A stretch of 64,000 nucleotides of DNA from Balanoglossus misakiensis (Eukaryota; Animalia; Hemichordata): the NCBI GenBank assembly GCA_040954595.2, contig CM082589.2, positions 186,001-250,000 on the forward strand, in the 5' to 3' direction. Positions within the stretch are counted from its first letter, which is position 1, and each line of letters begins with the position of its first letter. This document shows positions 1-12,700 of this stretch, one piece after another. A program made the position numbers and the translations under genes. The notes under the pieces are model-generated. The model worked only from the letters and a program-made list of their open reading frames with translations, made no database searches and was not told the origin of the DNA.

Positions 1-1
1 T

Positions 2-1015
2 ATGTACAACTCGAATGGAGTCAGGGCTTCACCAGTCACCATTATGACCACAGTTGACGACCCCGCCCCGCTTGACAGCAAGGCTAAAGTGTCTCCAATC
101 CAGATGGTTGAGAACACCTATGAACAGATGCCAAGGAGATTTCACGACGAAAACATGTATCAACAGAATTCCCCGCTTGATCTCCCGAACCTGAACGACA
201 CTTTATCGGGCAACTTCGGCCAATCGGGGAACACTTACACGTGTGTAAATTTCGCCGATGACACAGACTGCTCATCCAATGGCTACAGCTACCCAGAAAC
301 CTCCTCGCCACAATCTGTCCATAGCAACGAAGCTGTGTTAGAAAGTATGTTATCCCCTGTCAGCGATCACTATGGTAACGGACTTAACTCCAGCGATTGC
401 AACTTGCAAAGCTTGCCAAGCAGAGAGAACATGGAAGTCAGTAACCCAGGTAACACAATCACACACCAATTTTCACCAAGCACACAAGAACAATACGATC
501 GTAGAAGTTGCTCGCCATGCGACTATTTACAACTGGACTCCTACAAACTGCCCCCGATAAACTCGTTTCTAGGCCAACAGACCGAAGGAGCACCGAACCA
601 ACCATCACCCGTGAGTAGCCCACACGCCATCACAGACAACGTTACCAGTGGTGACAGTTTCTGCAGCAGTCGCCCAAGAGACCCTTGTGACGATCTTGCC
701 GACATAGATGGAAAATTGTTTGATGAATCACTGACCGAAACCTGCAGCTCACTTCTCTCTCAACTCAGAGGTGTTTTAGACTTTCCAGAAGCACTCTCCG
801 AAACGCATTACTCACAGCCCAGAAGTCAACAGGATGCCAGTTTTTATGACAACAGTTATAGCGGCTTTAATATCAGAATTAGTGACTTTGCTGGTTATAG
901 TGACACTCAATATAAAAACCCCACTCGCTTTTCAGAATATACCTGGAGACAACCCATCACGACCTCCTGCGATTTCCTTCCACAAACATTCAGCATTTCC
1001 ACATTTCTGAATTAG
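2..1015 (+). CDS. Terminal coding exon (5'-truncated by the window) of an unidentified S/P/D/N-rich protein, resembling a transcription-factor C-terminal region
   Basis: 337-codon open frame from the window edge to TAG at 1013-1015, GC-richer than the flank, followed by an AT-rich UTR with AATAAA at 1603-1608. No catalytic or DNA-binding domain is visible. Ends QTFSISTFLN. Confidence 0.75.
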   Translation: MYNSNGVRASPVTIMTTVDDPAPLDSKAKVSPIQMVENTYEQMPRRFHDENMYQQNSPLDLPNLNDTLSGNFGQSGNTYTCVNFADDTDCSSNGYSYPETSSPQSVHSNEAVLESMLSPVSDHYGNGLNSSDCNLQSLPSRENMEVSNPGNTITHQFSPSTQEQYDRRSCSPCDYLQLDSYKLPPINSFLGQQTEGAPNQPSPVSSPHAITDNVTSGDSFCSSRPRDPCDDLADIDGKLFDESLTETCSSLLSQLRGVLDFPEALSETHYSQPRSQQDASFYDNSYSGFNIRISDFAGYSDTQYKNPTRFSEYTWRQPITTSCDFLPQTFSISTFLN

Positions 1016-2319
1016 GCATAGCGCCATCAGGGTTCGATTCTAGACAACCTAATCCCAAGATTCGGTGAACAACAGAAGTACCTTCACTATTTTATGAAGA
1101 AAATTGATACTCCAAATTTTGACATGACGAGTTTCAAATATTCTTGAATTTAACACAGTTTAGTTCTTTAATACAACGACCATCGTTTCTTTCTTGATTT
1201 TAAAAGAAAAGTATGAATGATACTCATGACCTATGATGCTTGAAACTTTGATTACGAACATCGAACTTCTCAACTGACTTAAAGTTTAGATCGACTTTTT
1301 TCTAACAGGTATTAATTGTGCAATCAAAACTTATTTAAGATTCCCATTGCTTAGTTTATGTCAGGTTGGCTGAATAATTACGACATAGCCTATTTGTGTA
1401 CATAGCTGTTTTCATCATATTTTCACATGGTTTAAAACACGAGTGCTGAGATGAGGGAATTATTGTTTATATTTTCAAATGAACATACATTGTATTTCTT
1501 TTTATAGTTTTATATATTGTTAAACTTTATGTAGATATTTCATACTGTTTGTAGTGATGTCATTGGCCTTATTGGCCGGTGCACACACAGAATGAGAGAC
1601 GAAATAAAACTTTTTCGATTCAATGAATATTTTGTATCATGGTCTGTTATATGTCACAATTTTTTCTGTAGCCTGTCTTTAAGCAATCCACTGCTTGAAC
1701 CTAACTCTGTTTAGATCCAAAACAACCAACTCGTGGCCCAGGATCGACTGAAATACATTCACTCGCGCTATTATTATCCCCTAGTATTTATCTCTGGGTT
1801 TATTCTAGAATTTGCCCTAGTCATTGTGGCCTTAACTATCTCCTACCTGCAGCATACCTATGCCCATAACCGTTCGGACAAGGGGGAGGGGCGAAGACGG
1901 TAGCCGGGTAGGTAGGCTTGACCGTATCCCTGGACCGTATGACACTAGTCGAGGCAGAGGAAACTCGGTATAAAAATAAAATAAAATAGAAAAGTACTCA
2001 CATTCCTCTTAAGCTTGACGGCGACATGACGAGGAAACAGAACCGTTTGTAGCATCACTTGGCATAATCCAGGCTTTGTTATAAGGAAAGTTAGTTAGCG
2101 AGTCCCTTTCGTTCGTTTTCGGTTGCTTTTCACGCAGTCCTCCGTACACAAACTTCACCACACACATAACACAGTTCCACGATATAGCCGTCCTTAAAAG
2201 AAGTTTGCACTTTTCCAGTTTGAAGTAGTCTGCAAGATAATTACAAATGAGAAAAGGTAACTGAGAAAGATAGCAGGTGGACAAAATTTGCATTACAAGT
2301 AACAGCGACGGTAGGCTTC

Positions 2320-2345
2320 CACGTACGTACGTACGTACACGTGGT
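2320..2345. repeat. (ACGT)n palindromic microsatellite
   Basis: cacgtacgtacgtacgtacacgtgg. Confidence 0.7.
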
Positions 2346-2861
2346 AGCGTAGTCAATTTTGACGCAATGTAGATTTCGTCCAGGTATCAATAAATATATT
2401 TCCTCTTCTCATCTTCAAAAAAGCCGTTTACATCAACTTCAAGTCCTAATTCCACCACCGAATTTACTTACAAGTCTTTACAAACACTTGGTCGCCTAAA
2501 AAATCCCCTGGGTTTACTAATACGACTTGAATTGTCTAACTCCTGAAACGTTTTCAACTCACCCTTGCGCTTGCCCTTTGACCGTCTTTGCTGCAAATAT
2601 CGTCTGCTTCATAAATTTGATTGCGCATGAATACATTGAGCGTGATCACACGATAAAATGACGTCACGCAACTAATAAAATGCTGGTAGAATCACATTCT
2701 GTCAAGATTGAACCACAAGTGGCAGCAAATATTTTATAAACAGCGAAAAATGATGCAACACAAGGCAATGAATCTAACGTATTAAAGTTTCACCCATTGA
2801 GATGAACTTCAATATAAGAACTATTTACGCGGAATGATTTATTTCCCCAACTTCGGTGGCT

Positions 2862-2980
2862 AGGGACGCGCCGCGCCAAACTTGATTGAACCTGGATATT
2901 TTTCCGGAATTTTGCTCTAGGATGTGGATTTTTTAAACAAAATATCAATATCCTGTTGCGGTTTGGATGTAAAGGTGTGT
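2862..2980 (+). promoter_or_regulatory. Probable SYCP2 promoter and non-coding first exon
   Basis: CpG-containing patch with GCGCCAAA (reverse of the E2F site TTTGGCGC) at ~2873-2880 and a donor-like AAG/GTGTGT at ~2975. Two GACCAATCAG CCAAT boxes lie further on at ~3436 and ~3490. Confidence 0.35.
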
Positions 2981-3744
2981 ATTTATAGAGCTTTATAATT
3001 ATTTATGAAGAAATTATCAAGATAGGAATAATTTCCGCTTCGCGTATTTTTGTACGCAGACGACATCATGCATTTAATTTTCAAGGGGCGTTGCTATGCA
3101 AGTGATCGACTGGCAATCGTATATAATTTCGAGGCACTACTTGTATTAAACATCGAGTATAAAAGTGTTTAATAATTTGCGACGAAAGTGCTGTTTATGT
3201 ATTCAACGTGTGAATACTCACGATCGTACGGGGCTAACCTGTCCTCAGACGTATTGATCATGTAATCAAATATACGAGAATATTTGATTTGAACTTGAGG
3301 ATAAGAAATGCAACCTAGTTTACAGATACGTCAGAGATGCTGACATAATATGATGATTGATCAATTCCCGGTCAACACATAAACTGTCTGGCACCTCTAC
3401 AGTGCAGCGCACACCTGTCCCAAGAGTGTGTAATTGACCAATCAGAAGTGTTGTTGTCTTTCTTCTTCAGGTGTGCGGAAATTACTATTGACCAATCAGA
3501 ATTGTCCAGGTCTATTTAGCCAAACATTGAGGTCTGAGCTTTTTTTTTTCACACTGCAAATACATTTGTAATTTCTACTTTTAACTTTCACGCAGAAACT
3601 CTGATCAAGCTGTCCCAGCTCATGTTTTTCTTTCAGCAAAATTGGTTGATTTTGGTTTCTGCTGTTTTACACAGTTTAGAAGAATCATTGATGTTTCAAG
3701 ACATTTAGCAAAGTGAAAGAAATATAAGAGAAAACAAAATCAAT

Positions 3745-6700
3745 ATGAAGGAACCAGAGTTAAAGGTAAGCATTTTTAACAGTCAGATTTGTGTTGTTTT
3801 TTGTGTGACTACTGCAGTATTCCATGAATGTCACCGATGCTAAGTCTATAAATATCCCGGAAGTCTTGGAATTTTCAGTGATGTGGATATACAAAACCTA
3901 TCATACCCTGATACATTACATTGTTTTCATTGACAGTTACAAACACTACTATTGAGTTCTAACAAAGGATCCAAGTACATCACCGAACTCCTAGGCACCA
4001 TCAATGTAGAAAATCCAGTGCCTCAAAAATGTAACATCGCTGCCTGTGATAAGATCAAAGCCAACATCAGACAAGTAAGTGCCATCAAGAGTTTTACAGC
4101 AATATATGGGAGTACTATTTTCTGTAAGTTAGACAAAATATTGATGAGCAAATCCACGATCTCAAATTCGTGATTGAACTTGTATTTTTTATGGCTTTGC
4201 CCTGACTAACCCAACAGACTAGGAAACTATTTGTGACTTATTTGTGAGACACCTTCCACCATTACATCTTTTGTATTAATCGTTTATTATAATTTTCCAA
4301 TATAGGGACTTGAAACTGGAAACTTTTACCAGCTCTGTGTAATGTTAGATGTCATATCTCATTTTGCTAAATTTCATGGCTACAAAGAAGGTTTGCCAGT
4401 TTTGCTGGAAGCAGGTATCAGTAAATTCGTAGGTAAGTTCCTTCATATACTGAGATCTAACAGCTGAACTGTATCTTGATATCATTGGTCCTACATAAGT
4501 TGTTTTTGTGTCTGCTCTTGTAGTTGAATACTTGCACCTAATTGACTACATCAGACTTTTATCTCTTAGGAGCTAAACCAGAGAGTGTCTGGATAGAACT
4601 GATCAGTATGAAGGAAGTGTATACAATTCTTTACAGTGAGAGAAACATCTGTGTCTTATAACATCCTGGATAACAATTGTCAATTACATGGCATAAAAAA
4701 GTCTCAATATATCATGACAGAAAGCTATGCCATTAACCTGATACTTTCTTGTTTTTCAGTGAAGATTTTTGAAAAGGCCAGTCAGTTTGAATCGGAAGTT
4801 GATGAAGTACACCATAAAGTATCACCTGAACTATTGATGGAGAGAGTGTGCGAAACTATTGCTGTAAGTCCATGTGTAATGATGACCAAAATGGTCAATT
4901 TAATTATAGACTTAAATCCTAGTGAATTTGTCCTGAATGTCAAAATAGCAAAGTTTTATGCTTCTACAGTATTTTCTTGTTCTTCTTGTAGATTTCCTAA
5001 AGACAAATGATCACTATTAAGTTTTCAGTTTGATGTACTTACTGAACATTTACTGACAGTGACTTTTGTGTGTTCACAGGATATTGGAGAAAATTGCATA
5101 AAAGGAAAAGCTATCATGGTGTCTTCATGTACAGAACTGTTAATGGAACTGGCAACTGACACAAGGAAAACCTTCAAGACCAGAATTGAAGTCAGTTGCT
5201 TTCTTATCTCAAACCAGATTTACTCTGTGTCCAATTACACAAATGCCTCAGGCAAATGGTCAAATCTTCATTACATGTATATTAACTTGTGAGCTGCTCC
5301 AATCCAAGTTTTGATGGGTTAGATGACTTGTAATGTACCGGTAGAGTGCATGCGTGTAAAATAAACATGCTTTTTATATTCACAGGCTTTGAAAACCTTG
5401 AATCCATTGCTGGAAGGTATTGAAAATAAAGCCAAGGAGATCTTACAGAAGACGCCAGAAACATTCAAACTAATGTAAGTGCAGTGGATATCTGAAAACT
5501 TAGTATCTGCTCTTTGGGTCAGACCACCCAATTTTTCCCAGCCACAGATTTCTGTGCTGTATTTTTCCCATGTCAGTCATACCCAAAAGTATGGTATGTA
5601 TTGCTTAATGGTGTTATTGTACACAGTATTACCTAAATTATGAGAACTAACTTTTTCTTTCCTTTTGCTTCAGGACAAGTCTGGCCAAGATGCTTCACAA
5701 GGCAGGTGACTATGAAATGCAAGTCTCTATCATAGAAACTCTGTTCCGCACTACTGTCAAGAAAGACAGACATGCGTTTGCAAAGAAATGGTTCCACAAT
5801 GTGGCTGAGAGTGATGAATTTGCGGCCATCCGAGACCAGTGCTTTGAAACGGTAAGTTGACACAAAATTATACACATATTGACCTGGCTTTGATGATCTC
5901 TGCCTAAATGAACACAAAAATGGTCTATTCTCAATGAAAGTATTACAAAACTCAGGTACAGATTTTCAGACAAATGATGTTCCTTCAATCTTTTGTGTCC
6001 GGTACAGCAGTTGATATTAAACACATTTTGTGGTTGCCTTATCTTGCAGGATTGCAGGAAGTTTCTGAATATTATCAACTCATCCATGGGAGATAAGCAA
6101 AGGTACTTTTGCATGTACATGTTCACAATATCAATCGTCTCCCAATTTGTCTTTGAAATTCGTAGCATTTTAGTGGCAGCACAAATAACACATCTACATT
6201 TACTTTTAAGTTTTTGTATAATTTTCTCTTGATTTCAGAGTTTTTTCTCTGCCTTGTGCATCAGCTTATCTTGGTGATATAGAGGTATGTATTAATATGC
6301 ATTGTTTGGACAGTTTTAATATGAATATCTAAAATGAAATTGGAAGGCTTACTTTTATAGTAAAAGTTTATCAGTTTCCACAGTTAATGGCATCCATAAC
6401 TTCATATTAATTATTTTATGTCTTGATACTTTCACAGCTCCATAAACCATATGATGAAAATCTGACAGAATTTTGGGTTGATTTCAACACAAGAAGCCAG
6501 TCAGTAACAATGTATGTCACAGTAGGTGACCCAGACAATTCACAACAGGTAGAGTACTAAAACCAGTAACCACAATAGTGTGTTTTTTCCCTTACTCCTG
6601 TCCAAAGAACAACATCACCAAACAGGTAGGATGTTTGAGCCCTCGCTATTCCAATACAATATCGTCATGATTGACTCATAAAATGGTCTTGCCAATATAT

Positions 6701-9700
6701 TGACTGTATTTGTTTTGTGTTGACAGGATGGTGATGTGTGGGAAACAGTCAATGTTCCAAAGAGTAACCTTGATCACTATTCCATCCATGGTAAGATATA
6801 TTCTTCATATTTCATTCAAATGTTATGTTAACAGTGGCTCTCAGTAACACTCTGGCTGTCTCACTTGGACACTGAAATATAGGCTGTTACTCATTCTTAT
6901 CATTACTCCAATTCACTTGATCATAAAGAGTGATTATAGAATGATACATTATGTTTATTTTTTGTAGAAATGCAAGATACTACTGAATTGGATCTAACTC
7001 TTTCCAAACCAGCGTGTGAACTTTATGTATTCTTACCCAATTCTGACTCCACACAATTGAAGCTCACATTCTCTGCTGAGTTACCTGTCCACCAAGTAAC
7101 TGCAGCATGTTTTGAATCAGAAAAACTGCAGGGTGACAGAGGCAAGGTGAGGGGTTTTTAACAATTATTCAACTGTTGTTTTTAGTTATAGTTTAGTACA
7201 ATTACAATATTGCTATATTGAGGTAATTAATATTTGGTTTGGTTACAGAATTCATCAAAGGCATCAGTACCTGCAGACTCTACTTTGATGAGAAATGCAA
7301 AAGATGATGTGAGCATGAACAGTATAACTTCAAGATCATCTTATCAACAGGTTTGCTCTTTAGATAACTTTAGATAACTTTATTCTGATGCAAAACTTGA
7401 GCCATTCTGAAATTTCATAGACACTGTGTTAGTGATTAGATTGGCTTCTTCTATGCAATACAACATTTTCTGTGATTTCTATGTCTTTACTAGAGTTCTG
7501 ACGGACACAAAGTGTCAGTTCCATCTGAAATAATTATCACACCACGTAGTAAATCAGCAGTGAAAAGGAATCCCCCAACTACAGAACCATCATCTGGCAA
7601 GTCCGCAAAGTGCTATAAAGTCTCTGTTTCAGATTCTGGTAAGTGTATAACTCTCAACATGACATGGTCTTGAATTATCCAATTTTTCATGGATGAATCA
7701 GTCTTTCAAACCTATAGTAAAACATCAAAAATTGGGATTTTTATGGACAAAAAATGTCTGTCAGTTCCCATAGAAAAAGCATCTGCCAAGACACCGGATA
7801 GGTCAAAGCAGAGACCAAGTGGCCGTGTGAAGACTACCTTACAATTGGTGCAGGTCACAGACAGTAGTGATTCTGCCAGTGGTATTAGTTCTATCCCAAG
7901 CCATGCACTGCAGAAAGTGACATCAACCATGCGCAGTGTCGAAAGTCCAAGTGATAAATCCTTTTCAAGTTCCACCTCAGCTGGCTTTACCTTTGCTGAA
8001 CCATTGCCCAAGAAAAACTCAGCATCCAGTGGTGAGTATAAGGAGTGTCTCTTGGATGTAAAACAACTTTTGCAGTCCTAACTCTTGTCCAGTACGGATT
8101 GAATCTTTAGCTAATTGTCTGCCTCTTGGCAGGATAATGATTTCTGGCAAACTCAAAAAGCAGCTCAGTACAAATGTTATAGAATGTGTCCAGGCATTAG
8201 AAATTTACTTGAGTACAATAAGTGATAATAAGAGAGTGAATGTGTTTTGTATGTATGGAAACGAATTAAATTCAGTGTTGCAGACCCTTGATTCCACTTC
8301 ACACCATTATGACAAGTAGACACTCGTTTGTAATTTGCATTTCTCATTCACAGTAATTTCCAATTAAATGTCTACAATTAACATAAAGTTCCCTTTAATT
8401 AAAAATCTTTGAAGTCTGTATGCATAATGTTTCAAAGTCTCTTTAACAGACAAAGTTTTTTGAGGTCTCAGGCAATTATAGGAATGGTGAAAATCTTGTC
8501 TGAATAATATATCTGTGATAAGAAAAAATAGAGACTATTGTCTAAGTATGCCCAGAATAAAAATCCTGCAAAAGTTGCCAAAACTCACAGCTACTGTCCA
8601 TTTATGTTTCAATTTCAAGCCATAGAAGACAAGATGAATGCAGACACTGTTGAGATTGTGATACCAGATTCATTGCCATCTCCTGACAAGAGAATTGAAG
8701 AATCATTGGAAACATCAGTAGGGTAAGGGAATGCAGATCAATCCTCTGGTTATAAGATAAATTCCAAACTAACATAAAATTGGCCAATTTACCGTCTTTT
8801 GTACTTTTGAGTATATAATGGAGATATTAACACAGATTTCAGTTGAAATAAGGAAATAACAGTTGCCATACAATCTTTTCTTGCAGGAATGATGAGGCTG
8901 AAAACTATTTGGCAGGTTTAGAACCCACATCAGGTGCTGATCATCATGGACATCCTCGCAGCAGGAATGCAAATTCATCTAAAGGATCTGTGGTTGGTGA
9001 ATTGTTTTCATAACAGAAGATTACATGCTTTGATCAGTCAAGAGATATTTCAATACAGTCATAATAAAATTAGTCTTTCTAAAACAGTCATTAGCAAGTA
9101 AAGCTGTACATTTAAAGTAGTATTTCAATTTCCTCAGTATATTGAAGGTTTTCAAGCCATCACTTTGATTACAGGCATCATCTTCAAGTTTGCATATTCT
9201 GGCTCAAAGTCCAAGTCTGAGTACAATCACAGAAGAAAGCCTTCACACTGCCAGTTTACAGGGGAGCCAAGAATCATACAAAGCTAACATCAAGCAGCTA
9301 GAAGCCATACAAGGTAAATCACTTACAAATTGACATTGTTTACTCAGCCACTCAGACACACCACACAAGTACACATTCCCTGCAGTGTCTTCAATCACAC
9401 ATTGAACCAATGCCTAAACCTCTCAGGAAGAGGGATTATGGCTTTGATAATTTCTTTTTTTCTTCAACAAATTGCAGAGGAAGAAAGCATGACACAAACT
9501 GAAGGGGCAAGTATGGACAACAGAGAACCTCAAACCAATGAAAGAAAAGATGGCAGAATGCAGCAGATGAAGAAGAAAGACACTGGTGCCATAGTAAGAA
9601 AGTACAGTCTACGAAATAGAACAAAAGAGGTACCGGTATCTATATCATCTGCAGAGGAGAAAGTTGCAAAGTGTTCTGGAAGAAGGATGAAAGGTGGTGT

Positions 9701-12700
9701 CTCTTCTCCACAACGAAATAGTGACTCTCAAGTGTCTATGTATGATTTGACTGATTCCCCTCAAGTGTCTCAGAATACCCGCAAACAGAAGAGGACGAAA
9801 TCTTCCAACAGGTCTTTTGAAGAACATGACAGTCTTGAAGTTTCAAACACAGAGGAGGCAAGAAGTCCAAGAAGTGGTCAAGCACGGAGGGGTCAAGCAA
9901 GAAAGGGTCAAGCGAGAATGGCCAAGCAAACCAAAACAACCAGAGGAAGAAAGCCAAAACAGGGAGTTAGAGGCAGCATGGAAGTGGGTGGAACACAGTC
10001 AAAACGACCCATCGGGATGTCAAGGAAAGAAAGGATGAAATCATCTGAATACGATTTCCAAGACGACACAGAAGAAACAGAAGAAGAGGAGCAGAATGAA
10101 TTGAGGAGGGAAAATTCTCAAGTCTCCAGACATGGCTGTGATGATAGTCAAAGTGATGATGCAGAGAGTCAAGAATTGGAGTGGCCAAAGAGAAAACAGA
10201 TGCAAGGAAAAGGAAGAGGAGGACGGAAGGGGAAACATGTTCTGCTGACCAGCCAAGAATCCAGCCAAGATGATGACACAGCTGAGGTCGAGAACAAAGG
10301 TGCTTGGAAAGGTCTGCGAAAAGCTCAAGGAAAGAAAGTGGTGGGTGCATCGAAGACCACAAAGCAAAAGACACAGGAAATATCAAGTCAGGAAGAATAT
10401 TCAGATGTTGAGATAGCCAGGGAAGCAGTTCATGTTCCAGCAAGCAGCGTATTGAAGAATAGAATGATGGTGAGTTTTGTTTTGAGAAACGTTGGTTTGT
10501 CTCTTGGTCATCAGAAGGAGAGCATTCAATCTCTCAGAATCTTCGAACATTTTGATGAGCTTTTAATAATTTTGACTTGTTTGATTTTCTCTGTCAGGAC
10601 GATGATTTCAGTTTTTCAAGAAGAGACCTCCGACAAAAGAAACCTATAAATTATGCAGACGCTGAAACCAGGTATGTGAACAATATTCTATAACAGTTGA
10701 ATTTTAGATAGAGACTTTTTCAGAAAGTCCAAGTTGATCAATTTTGAAACAAACTTTACTCTAGCCAATTGTAGATTCATGGCCAAACCTAATGTATGTT
10801 TCTATTGGACAATTTATTTCAGTTTTGAAGCAGAAGACACATCCTCCATCACCAAAAAATCTGGAAAGCATAGAGTATGTATTTATTACTTTTTTTATTG
10901 TATTGTACCTTTAGTTATGACACCTACAAGTGTATAAATTGATGAAGAAGCAATCATGTCTAGTGCTGAGTGACTGTCCAAAAACGTGTACAAACAGAAC
11001 AAAACTATGTGGTTTATACCTACAGACCAAAAGTCACAGGAGTATATTCAGTGACAGAGATACTACAGATTCCAAGAGTACAAAGAGTGATCTCAGTTGG
11101 TTGTCGGAAAAGAAAAAACCCAAGACGTGCACCACATATTCCAGGAAGACGTCATACCGGAAGTCAATGAAGTTGAATAGTTTCTCACGGGATGGCTTGC
11201 CACAGTCTGATGAATCTGATATTGAGGAAAGTGCTATAGATTCTGTCTTAAAGGTTAGTTATTGCTTTTCATATAAGAATATTTAGATTTCAACAGAGAT
11301 TAGATAACTGGATTACTATTTCTTTTGCTCAGTTGAGCTATAGAACCATTTTCTGAACATATTTACGTGTGTTTGTATTTGTATATGTGTATTGATATAC
11401 TCAGATTTTGTGAGTGAGGACGTGCTCAAGACTAACTGGGGTATAAAACTATCATACCTCGTATCATCAAGAGTATAGACTAGTTTATTATTGTCTACAA
11501 GAATCAGTTTCTTCCATATTTGCAGTCTTGTTGGGACGCACCCCAAAAGAAGAGATCATTTTCCTCCAGACATACAGACATGGACAGAGAAATGGAGATA
11601 GAAGACGAAGATGATAGAAGTTCTCAATATTTCAATTCAGCAAATATCAACAAGAAGGGCAATAGGCAAAAGAGGACTGATAAACGATCCAGAAAAGAGG
11701 CTGCAAGTAGCAATGATGAAGAAGACATATTATTCAACAAAGTATGTTCAATATTTTCCTGTCAGATAACGTTCTTGTGATTTTTAATATGTGAAATGGC
11801 TGACGAATAATCTGCAGTTTCTGCTGATTAATTTTATGTGACTGTTTTCTGATTTGATTTAGACAAACATGAGGAACGTACTTTCATCAACCCTTGCAAC
11901 ACCCAAACTGGATTCCATCAAAGAAAGAGAGAAAACTCCCAGACAGAGAAACCGTCGATACAGTCCATTGGATGTACACATTATGAAGACACCAGTTACT
12001 CCACAGGTTGACAATGATATTGAGGAACAGGATTCTGATCATGAAGAGGAGTATCAGTCATCACAAAATGATATTGCAATGGAGGAAGTAAGATCAAAAC
12101 TCTTTTTTTCTCAGTCAAATAATAATAATTTTTAAAAAGTACACATGGCACCAGGACCGTTATGTTTGCTGCAGTGATATTGTTACTTTATTGAAAAGTG
12201 TAAGTGCCCCAGGGTCTATGTTCCCACAAGCAACACAAATATGTACAGTGTGGGTTTTCTCATGATGTGTTTATTTTCTGTATTCTAGACTCTTTTGACA
12301 CGTGAAGATGCATGGGCAGAAGAAATGATAGAATCAGAACAAGAAGATCAAGATGAAGATGAGATTGACCACAACAGAATTTCACAAACCAAATCTCCAT
12401 TCTTGCCAAAATCTAAGCCATCTGGGTCAAGACTCTCAAATAAGACGAAATCAGATTCTTTGAAGTACGACACACTGCGCATCAAGACTCCAATAGTCCT
12501 TCATGAAAAGGTGTGGTAGCTAGACTTCATTGATATTTGCATTAAACAGACACAAGTGGTTAGGTTTCTGCATAAAATTGTGACCATATGCTTTTCTATA
12601 AGGAATTCTAATAACTCTAATAGGTTTTATATGACATTGTCAATTCTTTTTTTTCTCATTGCAGGAATATCTTGAAGAACAATCAACTTCAGAAAAATCA

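Noticed and set aside
2009-2630. 115 aa minus-strand ORF and donor-like sites upstream of SYCP2
   Set aside because: No recognisable domain, and it spans an (ACGT)n repeat. It could be a repeat relic or non-coding transcript, but I cannot support a call.
9330-9476. ORF-track extension or alternative acceptor (TACTCAG at ~9347) upstream of the large SYCP2 exon
   Set aside because: With the phase-1 upstream donor it reads out of frame to a stop. The acceptor at ~9477 keeps the frame, so this stretch is treated as intron.
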